This document shows, piece after piece, positions 26,357 through 35,376 of a stretch of DNA of 64,000 nucleotides. The position numbers were made by a program, and so were the translations under genes. Under the pieces are notes generated by a model, which ran no database searches, was not told the DNA's origin, and saw only the letters and a program-made list of their open reading frames with translations. The DNA is taken from assembly GCA_963816905.1 (NCBI GenBank), contig CAWFMQ010000020.1, positions 1,862 to 65,861 on the forward strand, written 5' to 3'. Within the stretch, counting starts at the first letter, position 1. Each line of letters starts with the position of its first letter. Source of the stretch: an uncultured Chloroflexia bacterium. Lineage in GTDB: Bacteria; Chloroflexota; Limnocylindria; Limnocylindrales; CSP1-4.

Positions 26357-27142
26357 TTGGGAACCGTTGCCGAGCGGCCGATCTTCATCATCGGCTCGGC
26401 GCGCTCGGGCACGACCCTGCTCCGCATGATGCTCGACTCCCACCCGCGGATCAGCTGCGGGGAGGAGACCAAGTTCCTGGCGGACCTTGCGCCGATCCTG
26501 GGCGACCACTGGCGGCTGTTGAGCCGCTACGGCTTCGAGCGCGACTGGTGGCTCGAGCGGATCCGTGACTTCTACGGGGGGTTCCAGGCGGCATACCTCG
26601 CGAAACGGGGAAAGGGGCGGCGCTGGGCGGAGAAGACGCCGGGCTACACGCTGCACCTCGCCTTCGTCGACGAACTGTTCCCGGACGCGCAGTACGTGCA
26701 CATCATCCGGGACGGGCATGACGTGGTGGCGTCGTTCCGCGAGCGATGGGGGTACCGTGCCGGCGTGCGGGCCGCCAACTCGGTGTGGGCGCACTACGTT
26801 CGGACGGCGCGGACGTTCGGAGCGACGCTCCCCGCCGATCGGTACCACGAGTTGCGCTACGAGGCGCTGGTCGGCGACCCGGAGGGGACGATGCGCGCGC
26901 TGCTCGAGTTCCTGGGTGAGGACTGGGACCCGCAGGTGCTGCGGTTCGACGAGATCCCCCACGACACGACGGACCACTACGCGGCGTTCACGGCCGAGCG
27001 CCGTGAGGTCGGCGGCGATCGCGCGGCGATCTACCGCTCCCGGGTCGGGGTCGGGCGCCGGCGGCTGGACCCGGTGCTGCGCGGCCTGCTGTATCGAAGC
27101 TCACGCTCGCTGCTGGCGGAACTGGGGTACACGGGGCAATGA
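26357..27142 (+). CDS. Sulfotransferase family protein
   Basis: ERPIFIIGSARSGTTLLRMML, WAEKTPGYTLHL, HIIRDGHDVVAS. TTG start at 26357 preceded by AGGGAGG. The stop overlaps the next ATG (ATGA). Confidence 0.85.
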   Translation: MGTVAERPIFIIGSARSGTTLLRMMLDSHPRISCGEETKFLADLAPILGDHWRLLSRYGFERDWWLERIRDFYGGFQAAYLAKRGKGRRWAEKTPGYTLHLAFVDELFPDAQYVHIIRDGHDVVASFRERWGYRAGVRAANSVWAHYVRTARTFGATLPADRYHELRYEALVGDPEGTMRALLEFLGEDWDPQVLRFDEIPHDTTDHYAAFTAERREVGGDRAAIYRSRVGVGRRRLDPVLRGLLYRSSRSLLAELGYTGQ

Positions 27143-28398
27143 CGGAGGTACGAGACGAGGTGGAGGCGAGCGGCGGGGAGCAGGCGCACGGCGGGGATGA
27201 GCCGCTGACCGGGGAGCAGGCGCACGGCGCTCGGTGGGCGGCCGGTCACGGGCCGACGCACGGCCATTGGCTGATCCACAGCCATGCGACGCCGCATGGC
27301 GCGCCACGCCGGCGGGTCTCCGATCGGCTGACGGTCGGGTTCCTGCACCTCGGTGAATTCGACAGCGGCGTGCGCAGATCCAGCGTGATCCTCGCGGATG
27401 CTGCGGCGCTCCGCACGGACCTGACCGTCGTGCAGGCAGGGACGAGCGGGCGCGACGCGTCGCTCGCGGACCTCCGGCGGGCGGCCCGGCGCCTTCGCGT
27501 TGCCGACGTCGTGCATATCCAGGGGAAGCCCGCAGACTGGGGACGCGGCTACCGCTCGCTGGCAGCCCTCGAGGTGTTCCTGCGGGCATGCGGCAACCCG
27601 GTCGTGGTCACGCTCCACGATGTGTACCCGCGGCGCGGGCTCTCCGACCGGTGGCTCCGGAGTGGCGTCCTCGCCGTCCGCCGGCTCGGGCTGGCTGCGA
27701 GCAGCCTCGTCGTCCACGGCGAGGAGGAGCGCGCCCGGCTGGCGGGATTGGTCCCCAGCGCGAAGGTGGCGATCGTACCCGTTGCCGTCGAGTATCGGCC
27801 CGAGTTGCCGGACCGGGAGGCGTCGAAGCGCGCACTCGGGCTCGAAGGCCGGCGGGTCATCACGCTGCTCGGCCACATCACGAGGCGCAAGGGGCACCGG
27901 CTGGTGCTGGAGGCGCTGCCCCGGCTCTCGCCCGACGTCGTCGCCGTCTTCGCCGGATCGCCGATGGAGGGCAGAGAGGCCGTCGGCCGCGAGCTGGAGG
28001 CGCTGGCGGCTGACCTGGGCGTGGCCGATCGAGCCCAATTCGCCGGCTTCGTCCCGGATGATGAACTCGAGGCCGTGCTGGCAGCCACGGACCTTGCCCT
28101 CTGCCCGTTCCGGGACATGTCCGCTTCGGGGGCGGTGTCAACCTGGATCTCGACCGGGCGTCCGATCCTGGCGTCCGACCTGCCGGCCTTCCGCGAGTAC
28201 AACGCCCTGGTGCCCGGCGGCCTGCGCATCTTCTCGCCGTACACGGCAGAGGCGCTGGCTGACGCGGTGACTGCGGCGCTCGGGGCCGGCAGTCCGGCGG
28301 TCGACCCGAACGTCGATCGGTTGCGAGACCTCCTGGCGACGCCCCACATGATCGAGCACTACCTCGAACTGTATCGGGCCGCCGTCGGACGACGCTAG
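27139..28398 (+). CDS. Glycosyltransferase family 4, coupled to the upstream sulfotransferase
   Basis: …VVHIQG…VVVTLHDV…VITLLGHITRRKGHRLVLEAL…LALCPFRDMSASGAVSTWISTGRPILASDLPAFREY. The N-terminal extension contains a 19-nt direct repeat (GGGGAGCAGGCGCACGGCG x2). Confidence 0.85.
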   Translation: MTEVRDEVEASGGEQAHGGDEPLTGEQAHGARWAAGHGPTHGHWLIHSHATPHGAPRRRVSDRLTVGFLHLGEFDSGVRRSSVILADAAALRTDLTVVQAGTSGRDASLADLRRAARRLRVADVVHIQGKPADWGRGYRSLAALEVFLRACGNPVVVTLHDVYPRRGLSDRWLRSGVLAVRRLGLAASSLVVHGEEERARLAGLVPSAKVAIVPVAVEYRPELPDREASKRALGLEGRRVITLLGHITRRKGHRLVLEALPRLSPDVVAVFAGSPMEGREAVGRELEALAADLGVADRAQFAGFVPDDELEAVLAATDLALCPFRDMSASGAVSTWISTGRPILASDLPAFREYNALVPGGLRIFSPYTAEALADAVTAALGAGSPAVDPNVDRLRDLLATPHMIEHYLELYRAAVGRR

Positions 28399-28420
28399 GT
28401 TCGGCGGCCGAACCCGGCCT

Positions 28421-29437
28421 TCACCCGGCTCTCCATGTCTGAAGACCCAGGGGCTCGAGCGCGATCTCGGACGGCTCACAACCGACGGCACGCAATGCAT
28501 CGGCTACCCGATGCTTCGTGCCGTCACGGCAGTACAGAAGCATGTGTCCACCACCGCCGGCCCCGGTGATCTTGCCCCCGGTGGCCCCGGTCCGCCGGGC
28601 CAGCGCATACAGCTCGTCGATCTCCGGGCTGGAGATGCGGTCCGACATCCGCTTCTTGTGCTCCCATTCCTCGTGGAGCAACTCGCCGAACTCATCGAGG
28701 CGTCGACGCAGGAGACGATCCTTCATCTCGATGGCCAGTCGCTTGATCTGCCGCAGGGCATCCACGGACGCCGCGTCACGGCGTTGGTAGCGGCTGACCT
28801 GGTCAGCAATGATGTTGGAGGACAGCCGGCGGCGCAGCGTGTCAACCAGGAGCAGGTTGTACTCGAGCTCGTTGATGATGTCGCGCGTCAGCTTCAACGA
28901 GTTCACCACCACTCGATCCGGGAGAAACTCGATGAAGTTGACGCCGCCGAAGGCGGCCGCGTATTGATCCTGCGTGCCGCCGCTGATCCCGAGGTCGACC
29001 CGTTCAACCTCGTATGCGAGTTCCGCGACCTCGTAGTCCGTCAGCGGCAGGCTCTTCCATTCCTTGAACAGTCCCACCAGCGAGACGATCATCGCGGAGG
29101 AGGCACCCAGCCCGGACCCCGGCGGCGCGTCAGCATGGATGTACAGGTCGTACCCGGTGGTGTCCGCACCGGCAATGCGGGTGATCGCCGCCTTGGCCAG
29201 ATCGAGCCGGCCGTCCAGGACCATGTCGGCCCGGGACGAGAACGACAGGGATATGCCGATGTCGCGCGACTCGATGCGGATTCCGGAGTCGTCGCGCGGG
29301 CGCAGCGATCCCCACGCGTACCGATTGATGGTGGCGGACAGCACGCAACCGCCCTCCTCCGCCGGAAACGGAGGGACGTCCGTGCCGCCGCCGGCAAAGC
29401 TGATGCGGAGGGGTGCCTTCGCGCGAATGGACATCAT
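28421..29437 (-). CDS. GHMP-family sugar kinase (HddA / fucokinase-like, e.g. D-glycero-D-manno-heptose 7-phosphate kinase)
   Basis: APLRISFAGGGTDVPPF, HADAPPGSGLGASSAMIVSLV (GHMP motif II), KITGAGGGGHMLLY (motif III). Confidence 0.85.
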   Translation of the reverse strand: MMSIRAKAPLRISFAGGGTDVPPFPAEEGGCVLSATINRYAWGSLRPRDDSGIRIESRDIGISLSFSSRADMVLDGRLDLAKAAITRIAGADTTGYDLYIHADAPPGSGLGASSAMIVSLVGLFKEWKSLPLTDYEVAELAYEVERVDLGISGGTQDQYAAAFGGVNFIEFLPDRVVVNSLKLTRDIINELEYNLLLVDTLRRRLSSNIIADQVSRYQRRDAASVDALRQIKRLAIEMKDRLLRRRLDEFGELLHEEWEHKKRMSDRISSPEIDELYALARRTGATGGKITGAGGGGHMLLYCRDGTKHRVADALRAVGCEPSEIALEPLGLQTWRAG

Positions 29438-29447
29438 GAGGCTGCCC

Positions 29448-30521
29448 CTATAGCGATTCCCGGCGCCCCTCGGCGGAGAGGCGGTCCACGATCCGACGCA
29501 CGTCCTGCGACGCGTCCTTCGCGCAGACCAGGATCGCGTCCGGCGTGTCCACGACGATCACGTCCCGCAGCCCGACCGTCGCCACGAGCCGGCCGCCGGC
29601 GGCGTGCACCAGGATTTCGCGCGAGCCTTCGTCCATCGAACTGCCGCCCGCCTGGTCGATCCGGACGGGTTCGCCGCCGGCCTCGCCACCGAGCAACTCG
29701 AGGAGCGCGGCCCAGCTGCCGACGTCGCTCCAGCCCATGCTCACCGGCACGACCGAGATGCCGCCGAACGCCGAAGCCGGCTCCATCAGCGCATAGTCGA
29801 TCGAGATGCTGCGCAGCGGCGAATATGCGCCGGCAAGATCCCCCTCTGCAGCCACCGCGGCACGGATCGGTTCGAGGATGTCCGGGGCGTGGCGCTCGAG
29901 CCCGGCGAGGACCACGTCGCGCCGCCAGATGAACATGCTCGCGTTCCAGTAGGCACGCCCAGAGGCGAGCAGCTCGCCCGCACGCTCGAGGGTCGGCTTC
30001 TCGATGAAGCGGTCGACCGGGCGCACCACGCGATCCCCGAAGCGGCTCTCGCCCTCGCCGGCCATCACGTAGCCGTAGCCCGTCTCCGGGTGCGTCGGCT
30101 CGATCCCGATCGTGACCATCTCGCCGGCGGCCGCGCATGACCCGGCGGCCGCCAGCGCGCTCCGGAACGCGGCCTCGTCCGCGATGCGGTGGTCCGCGGC
30201 GAGGATCGCCATCACCTCGTCCATCGGGCGGTCGATCGCGACGGCGGCGAGCGCCGCGGCCGGCGCCGTGTTCCGCGCCACCGGTTCGCAGATGATGTTC
30301 TCCGGCGGCAGTTCGGGGAGTTGCTCACGGCACAGCTCGGCGAACCGGCCGTCCGTGACGATGAAGACGTCGCGCGGCGACACCATCGGGGAGAGGCGGT
30401 CGACGGTCGCCTGGAGCAGCGTCCGCTCGCCGAGCAGCGCAAGGAATGGCTTCGGGTGGCCTGCCCGGCTCAACGGCCAGAGGCGGGTCCCTCCACCGCC
30501 GGCGAGGATCACGGCGTACAT
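29448..30521 (-). CDS. manC: Mannose-1-phosphate guanylyltransferase (GDP-mannose pyrophosphorylase type, no cupin PMI domain)
   Basis: MYAVILAGGGGTRLWPLSRAGHPKPFL...EPVARNTAPAAALAA...IEPTHPETGYGY...FIEKP...WNASMFIW...SIDYALME...WSDVGSW. Confidence 0.85.
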   Translation of the reverse strand: MYAVILAGGGGTRLWPLSRAGHPKPFLALLGERTLLQATVDRLSPMVSPRDVFIVTDGRFAELCREQLPELPPENIICEPVARNTAPAAALAAVAIDRPMDEVMAILAADHRIADEAAFRSALAAAGSCAAAGEMVTIGIEPTHPETGYGYVMAGEGESRFGDRVVRPVDRFIEKPTLERAGELLASGRAYWNASMFIWRRDVVLAGLERHAPDILEPIRAAVAAEGDLAGAYSPLRSISIDYALMEPASAFGGISVVPVSMGWSDVGSWAALLELLGGEAGGEPVRIDQAGGSSMDEGSREILVHAAGGRLVATVGLRDVIVVDTPDAILVCAKDASQDVRRIVDRLSAEGRRESL

Positions 30522-30623
30522 CGGTCGATTGTATGGCCGCGCCGGAGCCCGGCGTCGGTCGCTATCATCGTGACCGGCCTGCCGCCCCCGGCCCGCCTCA
30601 ACCCGATCGACCAGAGGGATGCG

Positions 30624-31664
30624 ATGACGACTGCCTCCTCGGACTTCGAACGGCATGACACCGCAGGTGGCCTCCCGCTCGAGCCCCCGGGTGGAACGGC
30701 GCACTCCGCCGGTGCCGACGCGGACGCCGAAGCCGACGTCTCACCCACGCCGATCGCCTGGTACAACCTGTGGCGCTGGGCCCTGGAGACGTACAAGGAC
30801 GACCGGATCCGCTATGGCCGCCTGCATCGGCCCAGGCGATGGACGAGCGCGTCACTCTCGGCGTCGATCTTCCCCGACCTCGACCGGCCGGTCTTCATCA
30901 TCGGGGCAGCCAGGTCCGGCACCACGTTCCTTGGCAAGTGCATCGGCGCCCTGCCCGAACTCAGCTACCACCACGAGCCGATCGCGACGAAGGCCGCCGG
31001 CCGCTACGTCTACGAGAACCTCTGGGGCTTCCGCCGCTCCCGCTGGTTCTACCGGAGCGTCGCCACGTGGCTGCTGCGGGTTCACCGGGACGGCGGCCTG
31101 CGCTTCTGCGACAAGACGCCCACGAACGCGTTGCTCATCCCGTTCCTTGACGAGGCGTTCAAGGGTGCGCAGTACATCCACATCATCCGGGACGGTCGAG
31201 ACGCGGCCGCCTCGCACATGAACAGGCCGTGGCTGCGGGCCGACGCGAAGGGCTCGAAGGAGCGCGAGCCGGGCGGCTACCTGCACGGACCGCACGCGCC
31301 ATGGTGGGTCGAGCCGTGGCGCCGCGACGAGTTCGAGACGACCAGCGACGCGCACCGGATGATCTGGGCGTGGCGGCGCTACGTCGAAGCTGCGCAGCGC
31401 GACGGCGCTCCGCTCGGTCCGGATCGCTACCTGGAGGTCCGCTACGAGCAACTCGTGGCGGATTCGCGCGGCGAGGGTGACCGAATCCTCGAGTTCCTGG
31501 GGATCCGGCGGGCGAGGTCGCGGGAACTCCTGCTGACTGCGCTCACCGGGGCCGAGGGCCGCTCGGTGGGCGCGTGGCGACGCGCGTTCAGCCTCACGCA
31601 ACTGGCCGAGATCGAGGCCGACTCCGGACGACTCCTCCGGGCGCTCGGGTACGCGGACGCATGA
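30624..31664 (+). CDS. Sulfotransferase family protein with ~90-aa N-terminal extension
   Basis: DRPVFIIGAARSGTTFLGK, CDKTPTNALLIPFL, IHIIRDGRDAAAS, C-terminal VGAWRRAFS...LGY. The stop overlaps the next ATG (ATGA at 31661-31664). Confidence 0.85.
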   Translation: MTTASSDFERHDTAGGLPLEPPGGTAHSAGADADAEADVSPTPIAWYNLWRWALETYKDDRIRYGRLHRPRRWTSASLSASIFPDLDRPVFIIGAARSGTTFLGKCIGALPELSYHHEPIATKAAGRYVYENLWGFRRSRWFYRSVATWLLRVHRDGGLRFCDKTPTNALLIPFLDEAFKGAQYIHIIRDGRDAAASHMNRPWLRADAKGSKEREPGGYLHGPHAPWWVEPWRRDEFETTSDAHRMIWAWRRYVEAAQRDGAPLGPDRYLEVRYEQLVADSRGEGDRILEFLGIRRARSRELLLTALTGAEGRSVGAWRRAFSLTQLAEIEADSGRLLRALGYADA

Positions 31665-32839
31665 CGGCGGACGAGGCTCGCTCCGCCGCCCCGCCCGACG
31701 CCGCCGGGAACCCGCCGGCGCCCGACGCCACGAGCCTCCCCGGGCCGGCCCGCGACCGACGGCTGCGAGTCGGGATCCTGCACGTCGGCCGCTCCGACAG
31801 CGGCGTTCGCCGCTACGGCCTGATCCTCGCCGCCGAGACCGCACGGCGCCCGATGCTCCGGGTCACCGCCGTCGATGCCGGGGTCCTCGAAGATCGAGCC
31901 GGCGGCCTCGCGCGGCATGGCCGCGAACTTGCCGAGTGCGACGTCGTCCATCTCCAATGGAACAAGCAGGGGTGGAGCGGCGGCCCGCGGGCCATCGAGC
32001 GGCTGATGGACTTCCGGCGGACCTGGCGCGGACCCCTGGTCGTGACGTTGCACGACGTACTGGAACGGCGCGGATTGCGCGGCCGGTGGCTCGACACCGA
32101 GATGCTGGGCCTGCGCGTCGTCGGCCGAACCGCGACCCGGATGGTCGTCCATTCGGAGGCCGAAGTCGGTCGACTGCGCGGGTTCGTGCCCCTCGACCGG
32201 GTTCGCGTGATCCCGCATTTCGTGGAAGAGCGCCGGCTCGCGTTCTCGCCGGCGGAAGCGCGCGCGAAGCTCGACGTGGAGGGCCGGCGGATCGTGACCC
32301 TGCTCGGGTTCATCTACGGGCGGAAGGGCCACCAACCGATGGTCGAGGCGATCCGCGGGCTCCACGAGGACGTGCTCGTCGTGTTCGCGGGCGGCCCGAT
32401 CGCCGGCCGGACGGCCTTCGTCGACCTCCTGCGCGAGCGGGCGCGCGATCTCGGAGCCGGCCCCGGCCGGCTGTGCATTACCGGGTGGCTGACAGAGGAA
32501 GAACTGGAGACCTGGATCGCGGCGACGCATCTCGCGGTGGCACCGTTCAAGCGCCTGTCCGCCTCAGGCTCACTGTCCACGTGGATCGCCGCCGGGAAGC
32601 CCATCCTCACCAGCGACCTTCCCGGCTTCCGCGAGTACAACGCGCGGGTCCCCGGCGCGCTGCGTCTGCTCGAGTCGCTGGCCCCCGGGCCGCTCGCGTC
32701 GGGCATCAACGCACAGCTGGACGCGGATCTGCCCGATGTCGATCCGCTCGTCGTCGCGCTGCGCGAGCAACTCACGGTGCCTCGAACCGTCGACGAGTAC
32801 GTCGAGATCTATCGCGAGGCGATTCGCGACGCTGGGTGA
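31661..32839 (+). CDS. Glycosyltransferase family 4, paralogue of 27139..28398
   Basis: Collinear with 27139..28398: VVHLQW…VVTLHDV…IVTLLGFIYGRKGHQPMVEAI…LAVAPFKRLSASGSLSTWIAAGKPILTSDLPGFREY. Confidence 0.85.
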   Translation: MTADEARSAAPPDAAGNPPAPDATSLPGPARDRRLRVGILHVGRSDSGVRRYGLILAAETARRPMLRVTAVDAGVLEDRAGGLARHGRELAECDVVHLQWNKQGWSGGPRAIERLMDFRRTWRGPLVVTLHDVLERRGLRGRWLDTEMLGLRVVGRTATRMVVHSEAEVGRLRGFVPLDRVRVIPHFVEERRLAFSPAEARAKLDVEGRRIVTLLGFIYGRKGHQPMVEAIRGLHEDVLVVFAGGPIAGRTAFVDLLRERARDLGAGPGRLCITGWLTEEELETWIAATHLAVAPFKRLSASGSLSTWIAAGKPILTSDLPGFREYNARVPGALRLLESLAPGPLASGINAQLDADLPDVDPLVVALREQLTVPRTVDEYVEIYREAIRDAG

Positions 32840-32916
32840 CCGTTTCCCGATGCCCTCCGGCACGATCCCGCCGCGCGTGGCTCGGCGAGATCATCCCCTC
32901 GCGATTCGCCCGGCGA

Positions 32917-32940
32917 GGCCGCGACGCTTCAGTCGCGGCT
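32917..32940. terminator. Hairpin between convergent GT4 and metK (possible bidirectional terminator)
   Basis: GGCCGCGAC-gcttca-GTCGCGGC(T): an 8-9 bp perfect GC stem in the 105-bp convergent gap. No clear U-tract. Confidence 0.45.
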
Positions 32941-32944
32941 GGGG

Positions 32945-34180
32945 TCAGGCGTTCGCCACGGTCTCCGCGCGGGCGGGCAGCGGCAGGCCTGCCGCATCGG
33001 CGAGCAGTGCCGCCTTGTCAGTTCGCTCCCACGCGAGATCGAGGTCCGACCGGCCGAAATGCCCGTACGCGGCAGTCTGGCGGTAGATCGGCCGCCGGAG
33101 GTCCAGGGCCTCGATGATCGAGGCCGGCCGCAGGTCGAAATGGGATTCGATCAGCCGCTGGATCTCCTCGTCGGGGATGCGCCCGGTGCCGAACGACTCG
33201 ACGGAGAGGCTGATCGGGTGCGCGATCCCGATCCCGTATGCCACCTCCACCTCGAACCGGTCCGCGAGGCCGGCTGCGACGACGTTCTTCGCGACCCACC
33301 GGGCGGCATACGAGGCGGATCGGTCGACCTTCGTCGGATCCTTACCGGAGAATGCGCCCCCGCCATGCCTCGCGTACCCGCCGTAGGTGTCGACGATGAT
33401 CTTTCTGCCGGTCAGTCCGGCGTCACCCATCGGGCCACCGACGACGAACCTGCCGGTCGGATTGACGTGCATGATCGGGTCCGTCTGCCGCAGTTCCCGA
33501 TCGATCGTCGGCAGGATCACCCGCTCGATGATCTCGCTCCGCAGGCGTTCCGGCCGCACGTCCGGGTCGTGCTGGGCGGCGACGACGACCGTGCGGACGC
33601 GCTTGGGGACGCCGTGCTCGTACTCCACCGTCACCTGGGTCTTGCCGTCCGGGCGCAGCCAGGGCAGTTCGCCGCTCTTGCGGACCTCCGCGAGGCGGCG
33701 AGCCATGCGATGCGCCAGCTCGATGGGCATGGGCATCAGCTCGGGAGTGTCGCGGCAGGCGAAGCCGAACATCATGCCCTGGTCTCCGGCCCCGAGCTCG
33801 TGGTGCGGCGTTGTGTCGTCGCGCACCTCCAGGGCCTCGCCGACGCCCATCGCGATGTCGGGTGACTGCTCCTTGATCGAGACGAGCGTCCCGCAGGTGA
33901 GGTAGTCGAACCCGTACTCGGCGTGCGTGTAGCCGATGTCGCAGACGGTGTCGCGCACGATGGACTGGAAGTCGACGTAGGTCGAGGTGGTGATCTCGCC
34001 GAGCACGAGCACGAGGCCCGTCGTGGTCGCTGTCTCGCATGCAACACGGGCGTCGGGATCGTCGGTCATGATCGAGTCGAGGATGGCGTCGGAGATCTGG
34101 TCGCACATCTTGTCCGGGTGGCCCTCGGTGACCGACTCGGAGGTGAAGAGATAGTGCGGGGCGTCGACGATGCTGGTCAT
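32945..34180 (-). CDS. metK: S-adenosylmethionine synthetase
   Basis: [27 protein letters not shown]…[12 protein letters not shown]…[19 protein letters not shown]; start at MTSIV (34180). Confidence 0.95.
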   Translation of the reverse strand: MTSIVDAPHYLFTSESVTEGHPDKMCDQISDAILDSIMTDDPDARVACETATTTGLVLVLGEITTSTYVDFQSIVRDTVCDIGYTHAEYGFDYLTCGTLVSIKEQSPDIAMGVGEALEVRDDTTPHHELGAGDQGMMFGFACRDTPELMPMPIELAHRMARRLAEVRKSGELPWLRPDGKTQVTVEYEHGVPKRVRTVVVAAQHDPDVRPERLRSEIIERVILPTIDRELRQTDPIMHVNPTGRFVVGGPMGDAGLTGRKIIVDTYGGYARHGGGAFSGKDPTKVDRSASYAARWVAKNVVAAGLADRFEVEVAYGIGIAHPISLSVESFGTGRIPDEEIQRLIESHFDLRPASIIEALDLRRPIYRQTAAYGHFGRSDLDLAWERTDKAALLADAAGLPLPARAETVANA

Positions 34181-34321
34181 TGGACTCCTCGGGGTGGGCC
34201 TCGACCGAAGGGTAGCACGGGCTCCCGAACCGACCGCGATGCCCTCAGGACCGCCGACCATCGGCGCCGGCCAGCGCAATCGGACGCCTGGGGTAGACCG
34301 CTGCGGTCCCGGCGGCCGAGT

Positions 34322-35242
34322 TCAGTTCGTCGCCGCCTGGTTCGTGTTCCCGCGGCCGAGCTTCGCCGTGAAGAAGGCCACGATCTCCTTCTGAATCGCT
34401 GCCTTCGAGGGCGACATGGTGCCGCCAGATGGGTGCAGCCCGTGTTCGGCGTGGTGCACGACGGTGAACTTCACGGTGTCGTCCGCTGCGAGAAGAGCCT
34501 TGTACATGGCGCGCGATTGCCGAATGGGCACGACCGTGTCGCGGTCGCCGTGGACCAGGAGGAACGGCGGGAGATCGGGCCGTACGTACGAGATCGGGCT
34601 CTCCGAGGCCCACAGGTCGTCCGGGCCGAAGATCTCGGGAAGGATCTCCTCGTCGCTGGGCGCGAGGTTGTGCTGCGTCAGGTCGTTCACGCCCCAAAGA
34701 TCGACGACGGCCTGCACGGCGCTCGATTGCTTCGCAAATCCGGCACCCACGAACATCGCGCTCCCGTCGTCAACGCCGAGCATCGCGGCAAGGTGGCCAC
34801 CGCCACTCATCCCGACGGCTCCGATCCTGTTCTTGTCAAGGCCGAATTTGACGGCGTGGGCGCGCAGGAAGCGGACCCCACAGGTCAGGTTCCGTATCTG
34901 CGCAGGAAATCGCTTGGACGGTACGGTGGAGAAGTTCATCGCAGCCACCATGAAGCCCTTCGCCCGCAGGAGTGTCACGAGGCCGTCGTTTGCGGCCTGG
35001 CTCTTGTCGCCGCTGATCCACGACCCGGTGTGCACGTAGACGACGACCGGATCCGGCCCGGGAGCACCATTGGTCGGCTGGTAGAGGTCGAGTTTCAGTG
35101 GCTGTCCGCCGGTCGTGCAGTACGTGATGTTCCGGTGGACCGTCCCCGATGTCGCGCGCACGACACCCGGCAGCCCCCAGGACGATGCCAGCATCGTCAG
35201 CGCGATGAACAGCACCCTGCCGGCGCGAATTTGCCAAGTCAT
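34322..35242 (-). CDS. Secreted alpha/beta-hydrolase (BD-FAE / carboxylesterase-like)
   Basis: Signal-like MTWQIRAGRVLFIALTMLASSWG; VVVYVHTGSW (oxyanion HGG-like), GAVGMSGGGH (GxSxG), LLVHGDRDTVVP. The start could also be 35281 or 35344. Confidence 0.8.
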   Translation of the reverse strand: MTWQIRAGRVLFIALTMLASSWGLPGVVRATSGTVHRNITYCTTGGQPLKLDLYQPTNGAPGPDPVVVYVHTGSWISGDKSQAANDGLVTLLRAKGFMVAAMNFSTVPSKRFPAQIRNLTCGVRFLRAHAVKFGLDKNRIGAVGMSGGGHLAAMLGVDDGSAMFVGAGFAKQSSAVQAVVDLWGVNDLTQHNLAPSDEEILPEIFGPDDLWASESPISYVRPDLPPFLLVHGDRDTVVPIRQSRAMYKALLAADDTVKFTVVHHAEHGLHPSGGTMSPSKAAIQKEIVAFFTAKLGRGNTNQAATN

Positions 35243-35376
35243 GACGCCCACGCCTGCGACCATAGCGGATCGAGCGGCCATGTTGTCCTCGGACACCGAG
35301 CCACGGCCGCCCATCGCCTGCCGGAGGGTGCAGGCTTGCCGCACGCAACGTTGACGGAGGCGCTATTTTCATCCCC

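Noticed and set aside
24872-27142. 701-aa minus ORF (24872..26977) and 618-aa plus ORF (25286..27142) as single genes
   Set aside because: The minus ORF is the central PMM segment extended antisense through the sulfotransferase gene. The plus ORF is antisense PMM plus the real sulfotransferase, which starts at 26357.
34181-34321. Possible SAM riboswitch in the 141-nt leader upstream of metK
   Set aside because: The leader is GC-rich and probably structured (…GCGCTGGCCGGCGCCGATGGTCGGCGG…), but I could not match it to the SAM-I, SAM-II, SAM-IV or SAM/SAH core consensus from memory. It needs cmsearch against the Rfam SAM-family models before any claim.
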